Assembly (NCBI GenBank): GCA_964252035.1
Contig: OZ176208.1
Source of the DNA: Podarcis erhardii
Taxonomy: Eukaryota
Strand: one strand, 5' to 3'
Length of the DNA stretch: 64,000 nucleotides
Part shown: positions 1 to 12,734 of the stretch, piece after piece
How the letters are laid out: every line of letters begins with the position of its first letter
How positions within the stretch are numbered: position 1 is the first letter of the stretch
The notes under the pieces: model-generated
The model's input: the letters and a program-made list of their open reading frames with translations, nothing else
Told to the model about the DNA's origin: nothing
Database searches by the model: none
Program-made: the position numbers and the translations under genes

Positions 1-43
1 GGACCTTCAGAACGAATTAAGTTCTTAACCAGAGGTACCACTA
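1..43 (+). mobile_element. Right end of ~242-bp Tc1/mariner (Tigger/pogo-like) MITE, family A, cut by window edge
   Basis: ggaccttcagaacgaattaagttcttaaccagaggtaccacta followed by TA matches the right end of copies at 32135-32376 and 43993-44234. Confidence 0.85.
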
Positions 44-61
44 TACAAATCATTGGCATCT

Positions 62-215
62 TCCCACGCACCATAAAGCACACTTAAAACACGTGACTGG
101 GATCTCTGGTTTCCCCTTCACAGAGCTCCCATTCCCAGCACCCTTAACAAACTACAGTTCCTAGGATTCTTGGGCAGGGGGAGTCCTGTGCTGTAAATGT
201 GTGTTGAGTTCGTAG
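62..215. repeat. Degraded short palindromic MITE-like repeat
   Basis: Contains cccagcacccttaacaaactacagttcctaggattctt...tgtgctgtaaatgtgtg, a motif typical of a common squamate palindromic interspersed repeat; left arm decayed. Confidence 0.4.
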
Positions 216-1077
216 TCTGGTTGCTGAGTTGGGATATAGTTGTCTTGATCTAGTGGCTGTCATGTATCCCTTCATAACTCTGCAATGATTATTCTACCGT
301 TTGTTGTGCTGCCTGAGCTTCCATTTTTGCTTCCATTCACTTGTTCAGAGAGTCTGTCCACTGGTGAACATTCCTAGCTGTTGCCCAGCATATCAGTTTT
401 CATGTTCCTCTTGCCATTTAGCAGTGCCCAAAGTGCTGATGGAGCAATGCTCTTTCATTTTACATCCAGAGCTGGATTATATCAGTTGATAGCAGTTGAA
501 CAGTTGATAGCAGCAAAAGGAATTCCCATTACTGAGATTAAAGGTAATTTTGCAAAGAAAAAAGTCAGTTCTTTTGCTGTGGGATTCCTAATAGATCCTC
601 TTAGAAATAATTTTTCTTTGTGCCTTTCCATGACTCGTCTTTTGTATTTTAGCAGTAAGTGTTTTCAACTCTCTGCTAAATGCTACTAATTTTTCATCTG
701 GGAAAAGCAGGACATACCTGTTTTGGAAAGCCAAGTGCTATGGCAGTCACTTTCTTCACATTTATTAGACATGGTTGTGTAATACAGACAAGGTACTTAT
801 TACAACTTGCCACCTTGAGTGATGGCCATACTGGATGGTAAGGGCCAGTTAGAAAGCTTTGGCCAACCTTGTCAACATAGTCATTAGTGAATCTTTATTA
901 GAGAAGTTTCTGCCAGATGGGGATGCTGGTACACTCGAGATTTGGTTTTGTCACCCGCTATATGAAGTCGCTGGGAGAGACTTGTTAACAAGAGTTCGTG
1001 CACTGATGACACTCAGCTCTGTGGTTTGTTTTGTCCCCATCCAACCCTTGTGAGGCAGTTCTGTCCTTGAATACACG

Positions 1078-1975
1078 TCTGCAATAAGTGATGGATTGGA
1101 TGAGAGTGAATAGATGTAATCTCAATCCAGGTAAATCATCATTGATGATAGTGGGATACTTGACTAATCCCTGACTGTGGTATTCTTAGGGGCACTTATA
1201 ACTACATTACACACATCTGATTTAGGTTAAAAAGGCTATTAAAAAACCAGTCCCAACACTCTTATGCCAGAGCCTATACTTGCTCTAGATAATTGTCTCC
1301 TGTAAGGAAGAGACAAATAGCTTGAAGGTGTGTCTGGACCCAGTATTGTTCCTGTATTCCCAGGTGGCAGCTGTATAAACTACCTTTATCAGCTATGCCT
1401 ACTGTTGGAATATAGACTTCAGATCTGCCATTCATGATTTGGTGGTATGCAGATAAGTGTGATGAAATGCACTCTACATGGTGCTGACTTTGAAGAAGGT
1501 ACAGAAATGCAGCTGAAGCTAATTGAAGTGCCCCACTTGTTAACAAGTGTAGACTGATACCGGTTTTGAAGCCACCTGAATTGGTTGCCACCATATTTCT
1601 GGGCCCAGTTGTTCAGAGTGTTCACTCTTCCCTGTAAAACAGTGATGAGGAACCTGTGGGCCTTCAGATGTTGTTGGGTTTCCAACTCCCATCAACCCCA
1701 GTCAACATGGCTAATGTACATGGATGATAGGAGTTACAGCCCTCCAACATATGGAGAGATGTAGGTTCTCCATTTCGACTTTAAAAACCCAAGAACCTTG
1801 GATCCTGACCATCTCAGGGAGCATCTTCACCCTTATATCCCACCCTTCCAAACTATGATTCTTAAGATGTTTTGATGAGGTCCTGCTCTGGGTTTCATTT
1901 TCTGGGGCAGCAGTATTCACCACCACGAGGAGCAAGGTCTCTTCCATTACAGCCCTGATGCTGTGCATGTCAAAA
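1078..1975 (+). mobile_element. Old degraded L2 LINE ORF2 3' fragment, interrupted by a MITE
   Basis: Residual motifs WMRVNRCNLNPGK (~1098-1135), NALYMVLTLKKVQK (~1468-1510) and ..HLREHLHPYIPP (~1810-1850) are collinear with WFRGSRLKLNPSK / NSLYVGLPLRLTQK / YLRDRLSWYAP of the intact L2 at 14599-17571. Confidence 0.55.
1640..1776. mobile_element. ~140-bp palindromic hAT-like MITE (family C)
   Basis: cagtgatgaggaacctgtgggccttcagatgttg...caacatatggagagatgtaggttctccat; self-complementary arms; related copies at 4982, 9475, 24087, 57211. Confidence 0.7.
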
Positions 1976-3146
1976 TAAGTTCATACAGCATCCTCTCTGT
2001 TGGCCTTTTGAAAGCAGGTAAAAGGTTTCCGTTTTAGTCTGCCTTTGAAAATTGACTTTTAAAAAACTGGCCTCACCCTATATTGTGTGTTGCTGGGCTG
2101 TTTTCCTGTCTTTGGGGCATAATATTTTTTAGTTTGTTTTTACTGTGTGACTAGTCATATTTGTGGCTGGATTTCAACCCTGTGACTGTTATTTTTCTAT
2201 TAATAGCAGTATAGAGGCAGTCCTTTATTGGAATAAGTCCTCTGCTTGAAAGGACTTTCCAGTCCAGTCTGGCGTAACGATAATGAATTATTAGGAGAGA
2301 GAATAGAGTCTTGGAAGTTTGCTTGTTTAACTTAAAATATATATTTTTAACCACCCTTCATCAAAAGGTTCCAGGATGGTGCAGCAAAATGAACAGTCAC
2401 ATAGGTCAGCTGGTCATGGTCTTCCCCACTACTGTATTGTTCTCTTGAAATTATACTATTTCTAAATATGCACCTCTACATACACATGCAAACTGGATAT
2501 GAAAGTTGGTGTTCTCTTTTATCCTCATTTTTGCTGATGTGTAAATGACCACTCTAATTCTGAGTAGTCTTCTATTGGATTGCGTGTCTTGCTTCTTGTG
2601 GAACTGGAATCTGTATGTGTGGTTGTTTAAGCCTCAAACCCATTGGAAACAAGATGACTGTCCAAAGGCTTAACTGGTTTTTGACATAAAAAAGCAAGCT
2701 CTGTATTTTTTTTTATGTCTGGTGCTGTTCCCACCTTGAGTTCTACTCACACTGTTCTTAGATAGCAGTCACTGTCCATGAAGCCTGTTTCAACCAAAAT
2801 GACTTTGGTATGTTTGACTTCAAAAGGGAATGCATATCAGGAATCGTCTTCCTACCTTGCCCTAGCCAACATGCATGCTGAAACATCATTTCAAAACTGT
2901 GTAGCCAGATTTCCAGATAGCGTAGTATATCTTTCAAGGAGAATGTTCCTGGGTAGACATTTAAAGAGACAACTGTAAAAATAATTGTCAGCAAACCAAT
3001 GATCACTAAATGCATAAGTGGATTTCTGTGATGATGTGTGGAGAGGACTGACATAGCTTCAGCAGGGAGGGAGAGAAGTGGTTAATGGGGGTAAGAGGCA
3101 CTGCAAACCTCTTTGGTGCCTAGGATGTCTGTATTGCCCCTGGCAG

Positions 3147-3538
3147 GGAAGTGGGTGGCGCTGTAATCTAAACCGCTGAACCTCTTGGACTTGCTGATCT
3201 GAAGGTTTACGGTTCGAATCCGCATGACGGGGTGAGCTCCTGTTTCTCTGTCCAAGCTTCTGCCAAAAAGCATGTCCCAGCTTCTATTCAAAACCATACC
3301 AGTGCAAGTAGATAAATAGGTACCACTGTGGCAGGAAGATAAACAGCGTTTCCATGTGCTTTGCAACTTGTCATAGTTCTCCATGCACCACTAGCAGTTT
3401 AGTCATGCTGGCCATATGACCCAGAAAGCTGTCTGTGGACAAACGCCGGCTCCCTTATCCTGAAGCGAGATGAGCGACACACCTCATAGTCACCTTTGAC
3501 TGGACTTAACCATCCAGGGGTTCTTTACCTTTCTACCT
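3147..3538 (+). mobile_element. Sauria SINE (Squam1-like), full length
   Basis: tRNA-like head with A box (gtggcgctgt) and B box (ggttcgaatcc), core gtgcaagtagataaataggtacc, accttt-type tail; 12-bp TSD tgcccctggcag at 3135-3146 and 3542-3553. Confidence 0.9.
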
Positions 3539-3644
3539 TACTGCCCCTGGCAGTAATTAATTGGAGCCAGGGCTCATTGGTAAATTATATGTTGTATATT
3601 TAGCATGCTAGTGTATCTATTGTCTAACAGCACAGTGTGATATA

Positions 3645-4050
3645 CCGTATTGGCCTGAATATAAGCTGCACTTTCCCCCCAAAGTGTGAAAAGTTGAAGT
3701 GCGGCTTATATTTGCAATCTTATAGTACCGCTGCTGAAACGCTGCCCAGGAGGGCAATCAGGAGTGTGGGACAACGGTGCACCACCCTCCCACGACTCCC
3801 AAGCCTCCCCGAGCTGTCAAAATGAAGGGGGAAGGTGCAGAGGCTGCCTGCAAAGTGGTCAGCTCCCCCCCCCCCAGGAAGCAGCCTGGGAGTGCAATGG
3901 CACGCAGCCCACCCTCCACTCCCAAGCTCCCCCGGCGCCGCCTTGGCGAGTGGGGCCCCGAGCCAGGAGGCAGGCCACACCTGCAAATAAGCCTTGAATT
4001 TTAAAAGTGCGGCTTATTTGTGGGTGCATGTTATATTTGGGCCAATACGG
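3645..4050. mobile_element. Tc1/mariner-type MITE (family B)
   Basis: ~21-bp TIRs ccgtattggcctgaatataag / ttatatttgggccaatacgg flanked by TA on both sides (3643-3644, 4051-4052); GC-rich interior with no transposase ORF. Confidence 0.85.
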
Positions 4051-4541
4051 TAATAGCCATTGAGTTCAATGGATCTTATTCCCATGTAAGTGGGTATAAG
4101 ATTGCAAGCTAAAAGGACTTTTTTTTTGTAATTGAGCAAGAAGCTTTTCCAATACCATTATCACTGGTGCTTATCATTTTATGGACCAATGAATTTATTG
4201 TAACTGCTATTATGGCAAGGTGATTTTATGATATTGTGAACTTGCTGCTCTTTTTTGTTTTGCGTGGCTATAACGCTTTCTCTCAGGAGAAAAAATAATC
4301 AGTGTTTGTTGTATGAAAAGTATGGCACATATGATTATCATACTATGATTTACTGGCCTGTTAAATATTCAAGGGTAAAGAAACAACTGTCTGTGCTTTA
4401 TAGTTCTATTTTTGTAACAAGTGTGAGGAACAACATGGCCACCTCTTAGCACCGCTTAATGGTTTTGATCTGAAACGAAGACAACAAAATCACAAAATCT
4501 CTCGTATAGCAAAGTTTTTGTGTTCCACAGAGATTCCTAAT

Positions 4542-4705
4542 GGGGAAGGGCCAGAGGACAGTGGGTAGAATACACAAAAAGTGGTCCAATGTTCAATCCC
4601 CAGAATCTCCTTGATAGGACAGGGAATGTCTCCTGTTTGAAACCCTGAAGAGCCACTGGCTGTGCTAAGCTAGATGGCCTAAGGGTCTGACTTCATAGAA
4701 GTTTG
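4542..4705 (+). mobile_element. Degraded tRNA-derived SINE (Squam2/Anolis SINE2-like)
   Basis: ggggaagggcc...cagtgggtagaa...gttcaatcccc head, then gaaaccctgaagagcc...gctagatggcctaagggtctgact tail. Confidence 0.55.
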
Positions 4706-4981
4706 TTGCCTCAGAGTTAACAGAGATGCAGTTTGCACCTAAAGTCTTGTTAAGGGAAGGCACCAAAATACCTTTGCTAGTGCAAGCCTGCAGTGAGACC
4801 AAGGTGTTGAGGAAGCCCTAGACCCAAGAACAGCTGCAAACCATCCTTCAAATAAGATCTTACAAAATGTCAACCAGGTGTTAGTTGAGTGCTCCGGAAA
4901 GGAGATACTGTGCCATATTTGAGGAGAGATCAGATAGCAATATATAGCTTCTGCTCTGTTCCTCGCCACAAAGAGGAGTCC

Positions 4982-5114
4982 TAGGAAAACCTGTTGCCCT
5001 CCAGATGTTTTTAGACTCGCAACTCCCATTAGCCCCAGCCAGCATGGCCAATGATCAGGATGATAGAAATTGCATTCCAGCAGCATCTGGAGGGAAGCAG
5101 GTTCCCGATTCCTG
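4982..5114. mobile_element. Palindromic hAT-like MITE (family C)
   Basis: aacctgttgccctccagatg...catctggagggaagcaggttcc inverted arms. Confidence 0.7.
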
Positions 5115-8100
5115 GCTAAATGGGAACTGCCAGGGAAGGGACTACATGAGAGGATGTAGACTACAGTGAAAGCTTGGGATCTAACTGCAAAAATCTTTGG
5201 ACTGGGGAACAAAGCAGGCAGTGACTGCGGATAACATCCAGCAGAGAATCTGCTAGCCATATGTGAGATTCCGAAGGCCCGATGAAAGCAGAAACTTGGG
5301 ATACTAAATCTAATGTGTATGCATGTAAGGATCATGTCTGTTCTGAATGCATATGATCCTAAGACTACTGGAATGAATTCTTATGGTTTAGTTGCTGTCA
5401 TTCTTCTCCACTGAACACTCAGCATCGTAAGCCTGTCCTGCTGTGCTGACTGATGTACATTTTGATAGTTGTACAGAAGACAGAGATAGGAAAGCCAGAT
5501 GTCTTTTAAAAACTAATTGGACACTAGCTATATTCAAAGCTTTGCCTACTTATGCAGACCTTCCTTCAGTATCATGTTCCAATGTATGTGCTGAGGATGT
5601 ACAAATGGCAACTAACTAACTAACCAGAACGACAAGAGATATCCCTGAATATACACTATAAACATATGGCACAAGAAGTCGAGATAAAAAGTTGTAAATA
5701 ATATGGTGTGGTATCTACCTTTATAGAAAGTAAACCTAATGGCTATAATGCTAAAAATGCATTTGTAACACTTATACAAAACATATGAAAGGAGTTAAAT
5801 CTGACTTTATCATGAATATAAAAAGTAGAAACCAGCATACAAAAATATCTGCAAGTGTAGGAAGCGCAACCATGCACAGCACCAAACAGTTCAGTAAATT
5901 CAGATGGAATATATCAAAAACATTAAAAACATTACAATCAGTAAAATATAATCCATATTTTTGGTGAAGTTCTGTGATCGCCTGGAATGCTAGATGCATT
6001 TTGGCATGGTCACCCTTCCTCAGTGACATATATTTATGTATAGAAGTTCCTTATGCATCAGTTCTGAACACCAAAAATAGTTGACAAAGTAATAATAATA
6101 AACAATTTAACCATATGGCTGTAATTCCTGATATTGAGCTCACCAGAATCTCAAGACATCTCTTGCTAATGTTTTGGTAAATAGTTTATATCTCCAGTCT
6201 GCAAGAATTTGCAACATTAAGAACAATTTATTTAAAAATGTATTAAAATGTAACTCAAAGTAATTATATAATCATACTGAAAAATGTAAACACATCAATA
6301 TTCAAATATGGAAATGGTATGGAACAATCACAGTGTAAGAACTATGAGAAGGAATAGGTTGGAAAATGTCACTGATGATCTGAAGATTCCACAGCACTCA
6401 GATACTCTTAATTTTAATGGTGTCATAGGCCTTTGAGAAGAAAAACATGATTTTTAAGCTGTTTTGTGGCACTGTGTGAAATTTGGTAGAAGAAACATAA
6501 TTTTGCTGAAATTCTTTCTGCATAATAGCTGGCGATAGAATGCATTGCATATACACAGGCACCAGACATTACAGATTGGATAATAACTATGTCCCTTCTC
6601 AAAGAAACTCAGGCTCCTCTGCAACAAAGCAGTGTTTGAGGAACCTCTTTGTGCAATGATGAGTCAATGAATGAACATTTATTTTAGGAACTGCTAAACC
6701 TAATACCTAAATCAACCATGTTTGTGGGGATTCAGTCTTTCTGCTGTTGAGTAGCAATTTTTATTTTATTTCTAGGTCCTGGATATTTTTAGTAACCCAT
6801 AAACCGCTCCCCCTTCCCCACCCCCACCCAATGTTTTAAAGACCCAATGCACTGTCCAAAGAGAAAATTCAGTGCTTTGAAGGGTACAGTGTTGGCATGC
6901 TGAAAAGTATGCCTTTCAGAGCCATATCTATCTGAAGGAAAGTTGAGTTCAGATCATTTAGAGATCATGCTGCAGTGAGCAGCCTTAATGCTTTATTTGC
7001 ACAGTCTTTGGAGTCCTGCTCCAAGAACCGTTGTGCAAACAACACTACAGCAGTCTTGCAAATAAAGCCACATAATTTGTTAGCCCACAAAAATCTTTGC
7101 TAGCTACACATGCCTGTCGTACAGCACAATTCCATGTATGTTGACGGAAGATTAAGCCCCACTGAGTTTGAAGGAGCTTCCTGTAAAGAAAATGTACACA
7201 GGATTTCAGCCTACATCAAGTAGCCAAAGGTTGAAAACCATCAACTTCTTTAAAGCATTTTGGCCATGTTTTCCTGGCCTGGGGATAAATCCGTGCTTGC
7301 CGCTTGCAGCATTCCTCACTAGGATGATTTTATGTTTCTTTCTCTGTCTCCAGTTTATAACGTGTATCCATGCCTGTCCATGCTTTTAAACAAGCAACTT
7401 TGCCACATTTTTTTGTAAAATAAGCTCTCTCTCTACCCTGCTCCCTTGCATGTTTAGCCTTCAGATCTTCGGCAATGCTATCCTACACAGGTTCTGTTGA
7501 GTTCAGCAGAGCCTATCCCTGGGTGCACGTTTATAAGATTGCGGCCTTGCGCTCCGATCCTGCAAATATACATGACAATAGACCAGACAGCGTGCTTTTA
7601 TTGTGCAACAGTTGACAGGAGCTATGTTCTACAGTCAAGAGTAAACATTGGATTAGATAGGCTTTGTTCAATACAAAAATTGAAAACAAGCAACAGGTCA
7701 AGCAAAGGAGGTTTAGGAAAACAGAATATAAACTATATACATAGGAGCTATATGATTTGTATGTTCTGCTTAATGTATACAATGCACTACAATACAATTC
7801 AAGGTGCAGCAGTGGTGGTAATGTACTCATGCAGGGTGTTGCTGTGAATAGATTAATAAATTGGAAGAACACGTGAACAGCCTAAGGAGACAACGTGGAT
7901 CCTGTAAAGCTATACAGTATGGTCCCTGATGTACTTTTTACTTTTGGCAGTGAGTTGGAAAGTCTGGATCCAATGAGAATAGGTTATTCTTATATTACCA
8001 TTTTGGGAATATGTATTCCAGGTGCAGGAGGGCAAAACTGAAGCATGGGTCTCAGCAGTGCATCGGTACAAGCTCTGCCTAACACCATTGCTCTACTTCA

Positions 8101-9474
8101 GTGAGGGTGGTCTTAGCCAGCACAAATACCAACGCCAGTAATGATATCCTGAGCTTGTCTAACATACCAGGGTAGTGGCTCATGGGATCACAAAGTATTA
8201 AAAATCTCTTCTCATTGTGTACTGAAATTGCACATTACAGTGCCATAGGAAATAGACTTAGGAAAATGAATTGTTTGGGCAGGATAATAGACAACATATG
8301 GCCAAAATCCCTTTTCTGCCCCTGCTGTTTGAAATCCTCTGAACTATTGTTTAATCTTATTGAGGACATGGGTGGAAATCCAAACATATCAGTATGCCAC
8401 AGCAGACTCCTTGTTAAAATTAGTAGCTCAAGCAAAAACAAAACAAGTTGAATAATTTCATTAGTGCCATGAGTGATGTCAGCCATAAATTAAATCTGAC
8501 AGGCCATAATAGCAGTATACTGACGAGGGCTGGAAATCTTCACTGCCAAGTATTTGATTGGCTGTCATTTCCCTCTGTTACAATGCTTTGAGTTCTCCTG
8601 CAAAATAGCCTGAACTCATAATTAACAGATATTTAAATGAGGCAGTGGAGCATACACTAGCTGGCCTTGATTTAGACAGCTTCACTAATCTGGAACTCCA
8701 TTCAGAGAGTAGCTGCTTGTTTAAAGATACTATCTCAATGGCTTGTGCACTTGTTCCTTGTTCTTTGAAATCAAGGCAAAGATGTTTCTGATATCATCAA
8801 GGGTAATAATCTTAATTCTATTGAGATCTGTTTTAGGATATCACAACAGTGCTGCAGTATTTATGTTAATTAGTAGCCCCATGCTAAAAAGTCATGTGGT
8901 ACTATGAACATTTCAAGATCGGAGATATTGCTCTTGTCCTCACCTGAAATAAGATTTCTTTTGCAGATTTGCAAAGTAATTCTGGGGACACCAATTTACC
9001 TCGCTTTGTGCTAGCAGTGGCATCCAGGCCAACTTCCAAGGCAGCCCCAACTTGTAGGAAATATTGCTGAATCTGCTAGTATTAGCTAATTGTTGAGCCA
9101 AGGGTGATTTCACATTTGCTTAGTTCAAATAATATCTCTACCTTAAGCCATGAATACAAATTACAAAATCAGGCAAGTTTAGTAAATATTAGGATTGAAT
9201 TAGAATTTGTATGTTATTACTGGATTATAATACAGTCTCAATGTGCATTAGAAAAGGGGTTTAGTTAGTGTTTGTGTGTAAAGGCTGTGTGTGTCAGACT
9301 TTGAGAATGTAGTCAAGATCCATGTGTATTTCAAAGTGTGTACAGTTGTACCTTGGTTTTTGAACAGAATGTGTTCCAAAAGTCCGTTTGACTTCCGAAA
9401 CATTTGGAAACCAAGGTGCAGCTCCCGATTGGCTCCCGATTGCACAGGCGCACCGGAAACAATAGCAGAAGCTG

Positions 9475-9571
9475 CATCAGATGTTCAGCCCCAGCTAGAA
9501 TGGCTAGTGGCCATGGGTGATAGGACTTGCAATCCAGCAACATCTGGAGGGTTGTAGGTTGCCCATTCCTG
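9475..9571. mobile_element. Partial family C MITE
   Basis: gcaatccagcaacatctggagggttgtaggttgcccattcctg right arm. Confidence 0.55.
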
Positions 9572-9695
9572 GGTTATGGCTTACTGTGTCATGAAAACAA
9601 GGACCATTATTTTATTTAGTTACATTTACAGTGTGGATATTTGTACATGTAACTTGATTCCGTAACTTGGTCCAAAGGTGACAGACATCTTTTCT

Positions 9696-9938
9696 GTGTG
9701 GTGTAGTGGTTAAGAGCGGTAGACTCGTAATCTGGTGAACCAGGTTTGCGTCTCTGCTCCTCCACATGCAGCTGCTGGGTGACCTTGGGCTAGTCACACT
9801 TCTCTGAAGTCTCTCAGCCCCACTCACCTCACAGAGTGTTTGTTGTGGGGGAGGAAGGGAAAGGAGAATGTTAGCCGCTTTGAGACTCCTTCAGGTAGTG
9901 ATAAAGTGGGATATCAAATCCAAACTCTTCTTCTTTTC
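9696..9938 (+). mobile_element. Squam3-like (MIR/Ther1-related) SINE
   Basis: tRNA-like head gtggtgtagtggttaagagcgg, CORE-like gggtgaccttgggctagtcac, L2-like 3' end tgttagccgctttgagactcc...gggatat, (TTC)n tail. Confidence 0.85.
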
Positions 9939-10643
9939 CTTTGAGCCAGAAGCCTCAGCCTTTGATCCATGTCTAACAGTAGATCAGTTCTTCTTAGACG
10001 CAGCATATCTCTTATTGATTTAGACAAAGTTTGTAAAATATAGATGGATATCATAAGCAGCATACTTAATTTACCTTTGGCGGAAAACACATTCACAAAT
10101 ATGAGCATCTCTTCATGGCAAGCATATATTGTACAAATACAGTGCACTGTTCTGCAGTTATTCAGCAGACTACGCCTTTTAGTGTGCTTTGGTGTAGAAA
10201 GGTAGAGAAAAAATACACCCATACTTAAACCACTCTTTCCTGGTTCAGTTGAAAGAGAAACTGTGGTTTAAACTAACGCTAACAGAAACCCCAAAGCCCA
10301 CATGCAAGGGATGATGGAGCACTGTTCCTTTTCATCATAATTTATTTCTTATAAAAATGCCTAGACTGCTGAACATTTAAAAAAAGAATTAAGAGGTGTA
10401 CAGTAAAACACAGGACAAAATATAATAAGGGTGCTGCATTTTATTGGTTTTATACCAACAGAGGTGCAAAAATCTCAAACCCTTGGAGACTGGAAAGACC
10501 TGAGCAAAAACATTTTTAGGAAGTGCCTGAAACAAATAATTAATGGTGCCTTCCTAATTAAAAAGGGGGAAGGATATTTCAGGCTGCAGGTTCAACAACT
10601 GTTTCTAGGTGAGGGTCCTAACCCAGCTCTAACCTAACCCTAA

Positions 10644-11286
10644 CTTAGGGTACTGTTCTCTGCTGAATGTACACAGAAAACCCTGTTTGGTGGGATAGCA
10701 CTGGTTAAAATAAGAGTGAATAAGAGGTCAGCTGCTGAGAAAGAGGGCATGTGTTGCAGAAGGGAAGCTGAAAAGGGTGGAAGGGCATAGTAAGAGTGTG
10801 AACTAATTCTTTATTTTAGGTTATCTTTCATGTTACAGCCTGAATGTTCAGGGTGCAGAAAATCAATTCCATATGGCAATGTTCCATACAGCAGCCAAAC
10901 CATGAGGAAAATATTCTTGTGTGGAATACTACAATACGGAAACAATTTTTAGAAGTCTGCTGGTGTGGGGGGCTGGGTGGGCAGTGGGGGCCCCGTAGTG
11001 GCTACTCATTCCTACAAATGAATGCTGCTTCAGAACAACTTGTCTAACAGCTATCCTAACCTCCAGATATTGAGGCTGGAGAGGATTAGAATTGAGTGGA
11101 AGTGTCTCTCTGCCAACAGAGAAGCCCTGTACTAAGAGGAGGAGCAAATCCAAAGCTCCTGCTAAGTCCATGGAAAGTTCTGCAGGCATAGATCACCACC
11201 CGTAGTGATCTTGCCCGCAGTAGTAACCAGTGTTAGCCCCCTAACTATGGTATTCTGTGTACATTTAGCAGAGGACAGGACCAAGG
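10644..11286. repeat. Segment bounded by ~63-bp imperfect inverted repeats (probable old MITE)
   Basis: 10644-10707 (ctgttctctgctgaatgtacacagaaaacc...gcactggtta) is the near reverse complement of 11224-11286 (taaccagtgtt...tattctgtgtacatttagcagaggacagg). Confidence 0.65.
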
Positions 11287-12584
11287 TGACCTTGTTTCTA
11301 AAGCACCTGGGAAGCCCCAGGATTAGACCTTCTTTTCGCCAGCCTAAATGGTCATATATTTTTTTTTAATAAGAACTGTCAGGGGAGAAAGTTGCGTTTA
11401 TAAGAGCTGCATTGACCCCAATAGATTGAGTATGTCCCCAACTCAGAAAGTACTGGTATATTATGTCTTGGGCACTTTTTTAAAACATAGAGTTGGCATC
11501 TAGGCATAAACTATACCAGATTTTTAAAGGTGGTGAGGAGGGCTGGTAAATTCTTCTCTGCCATAATAGGAAAATATTTTGCTTTGTGAGATGAAACATT
11601 GAAAAAGGAACTATATTTTAGGCTTTAGTAAGGCTAATCGAGGGTGCTTTGCTTCATTTTCTCCTACATTTCCCTTGATTTGGCAAAAGCAAAGCAAGAG
11701 AATCGTGCAGCCCGTGTGTTTGGCATCTGTACTACATAAACATACAATCTATTTTTGGCGCTCTCTTGATCATCTGCATTGAAGAAACATGAAAATACTT
11801 TAGATGGAATTTGGCTCTTGCTGTATATCCCTGAGAGAGAGAAGAAATGCCCTTTTCTGTTTGTTGCAGTTGTATTTCCAATGATGTTGGTTTTTTTGGA
11901 GGTTTAAATACTGTTACTCACATTGTTTAATCTTAAAGTTATGTCTCAATTCCTTGTACAAATGTAGGATCCATTCATCAAGTTGCTGAGAATCCAGAAA
12001 AAGATCACATTTTTAATTTGAAGATTCTTTACATAAACAAAATTGTCCTTAGTCCATTTTGTGACACAAAATCCTACTGCGAGAATATTACGTTACTTGT
12101 CCCACCTGAAAAATAAATTAAAAATAGTAATAACTTTGATGTCATCATGCTGAAGGTTTCTGAATCTTACCTAAGGGCTTATTTCCATTCTGTTCCTACT
12201 AACAGCCTAACTTTAGCTTGTCTTTGGGGAATTTTCACGGAAGTTATTCATTACAACCTTGCATATAGGATGCTTAAAATTCAATTGACAATTTAAGTAG
12301 CCTAACTGTGTAGAATTGAAGCCCCTTTATATAATTTGAATAATGATGGTTGTGGTTGTATAATGGCTTTCTGGGTCTCAGTTTATGCATGGAACAAGCC
12401 CATTCAAGCACTATATATGTGTAACATTGTAGGGGGTTTGGGGCCATGGTTGCCAGTCCCAGTCCTCCACCCTGATCTTCCCTGAGTGAGAAGAAAGGGG
12501 GTGGTGCCTTCCTCCCTGTGATCAGGACTTCCTGATTGCAGAGAGACTTGTAAGCCCATTCAGTCAAATGCACTTGCAATCCCC

Positions 12585-12734
12585 TTTCAGACTCTACTGC
12601 TGAATACAAACTGCTGAATACATTTCACCTTCCCCATGGTTTCAGACTGGGACAGTTCTGGAGATACCAGGGACTGGACCCATGACCTTCTGCTTTCAAA
12701 CTAGATGCTCTACCGCTTAGCTGTGGTCCTTTCC
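12585..12734 (-). mobile_element. Degraded tRNA-derived SINE (Squam2-like)
   Basis: Reverse complement gives ggaaaggaccacagctaagcggtagagcatctagtttg..agcagaaggtcatgggtccagtccctgg, a tRNA-like head similar to 4542-4705. Confidence 0.55.

Noticed and set aside
4739-5335. 198-aa minus-strand ORF
   Set aside because: No recognisable domain, overlaps a MITE, no splice or codon support; chance ORF
10628-10650. Telomere-like taaccctaac/ttaggg words
   Set aside because: Only one or two units; too short for an interstitial telomeric array
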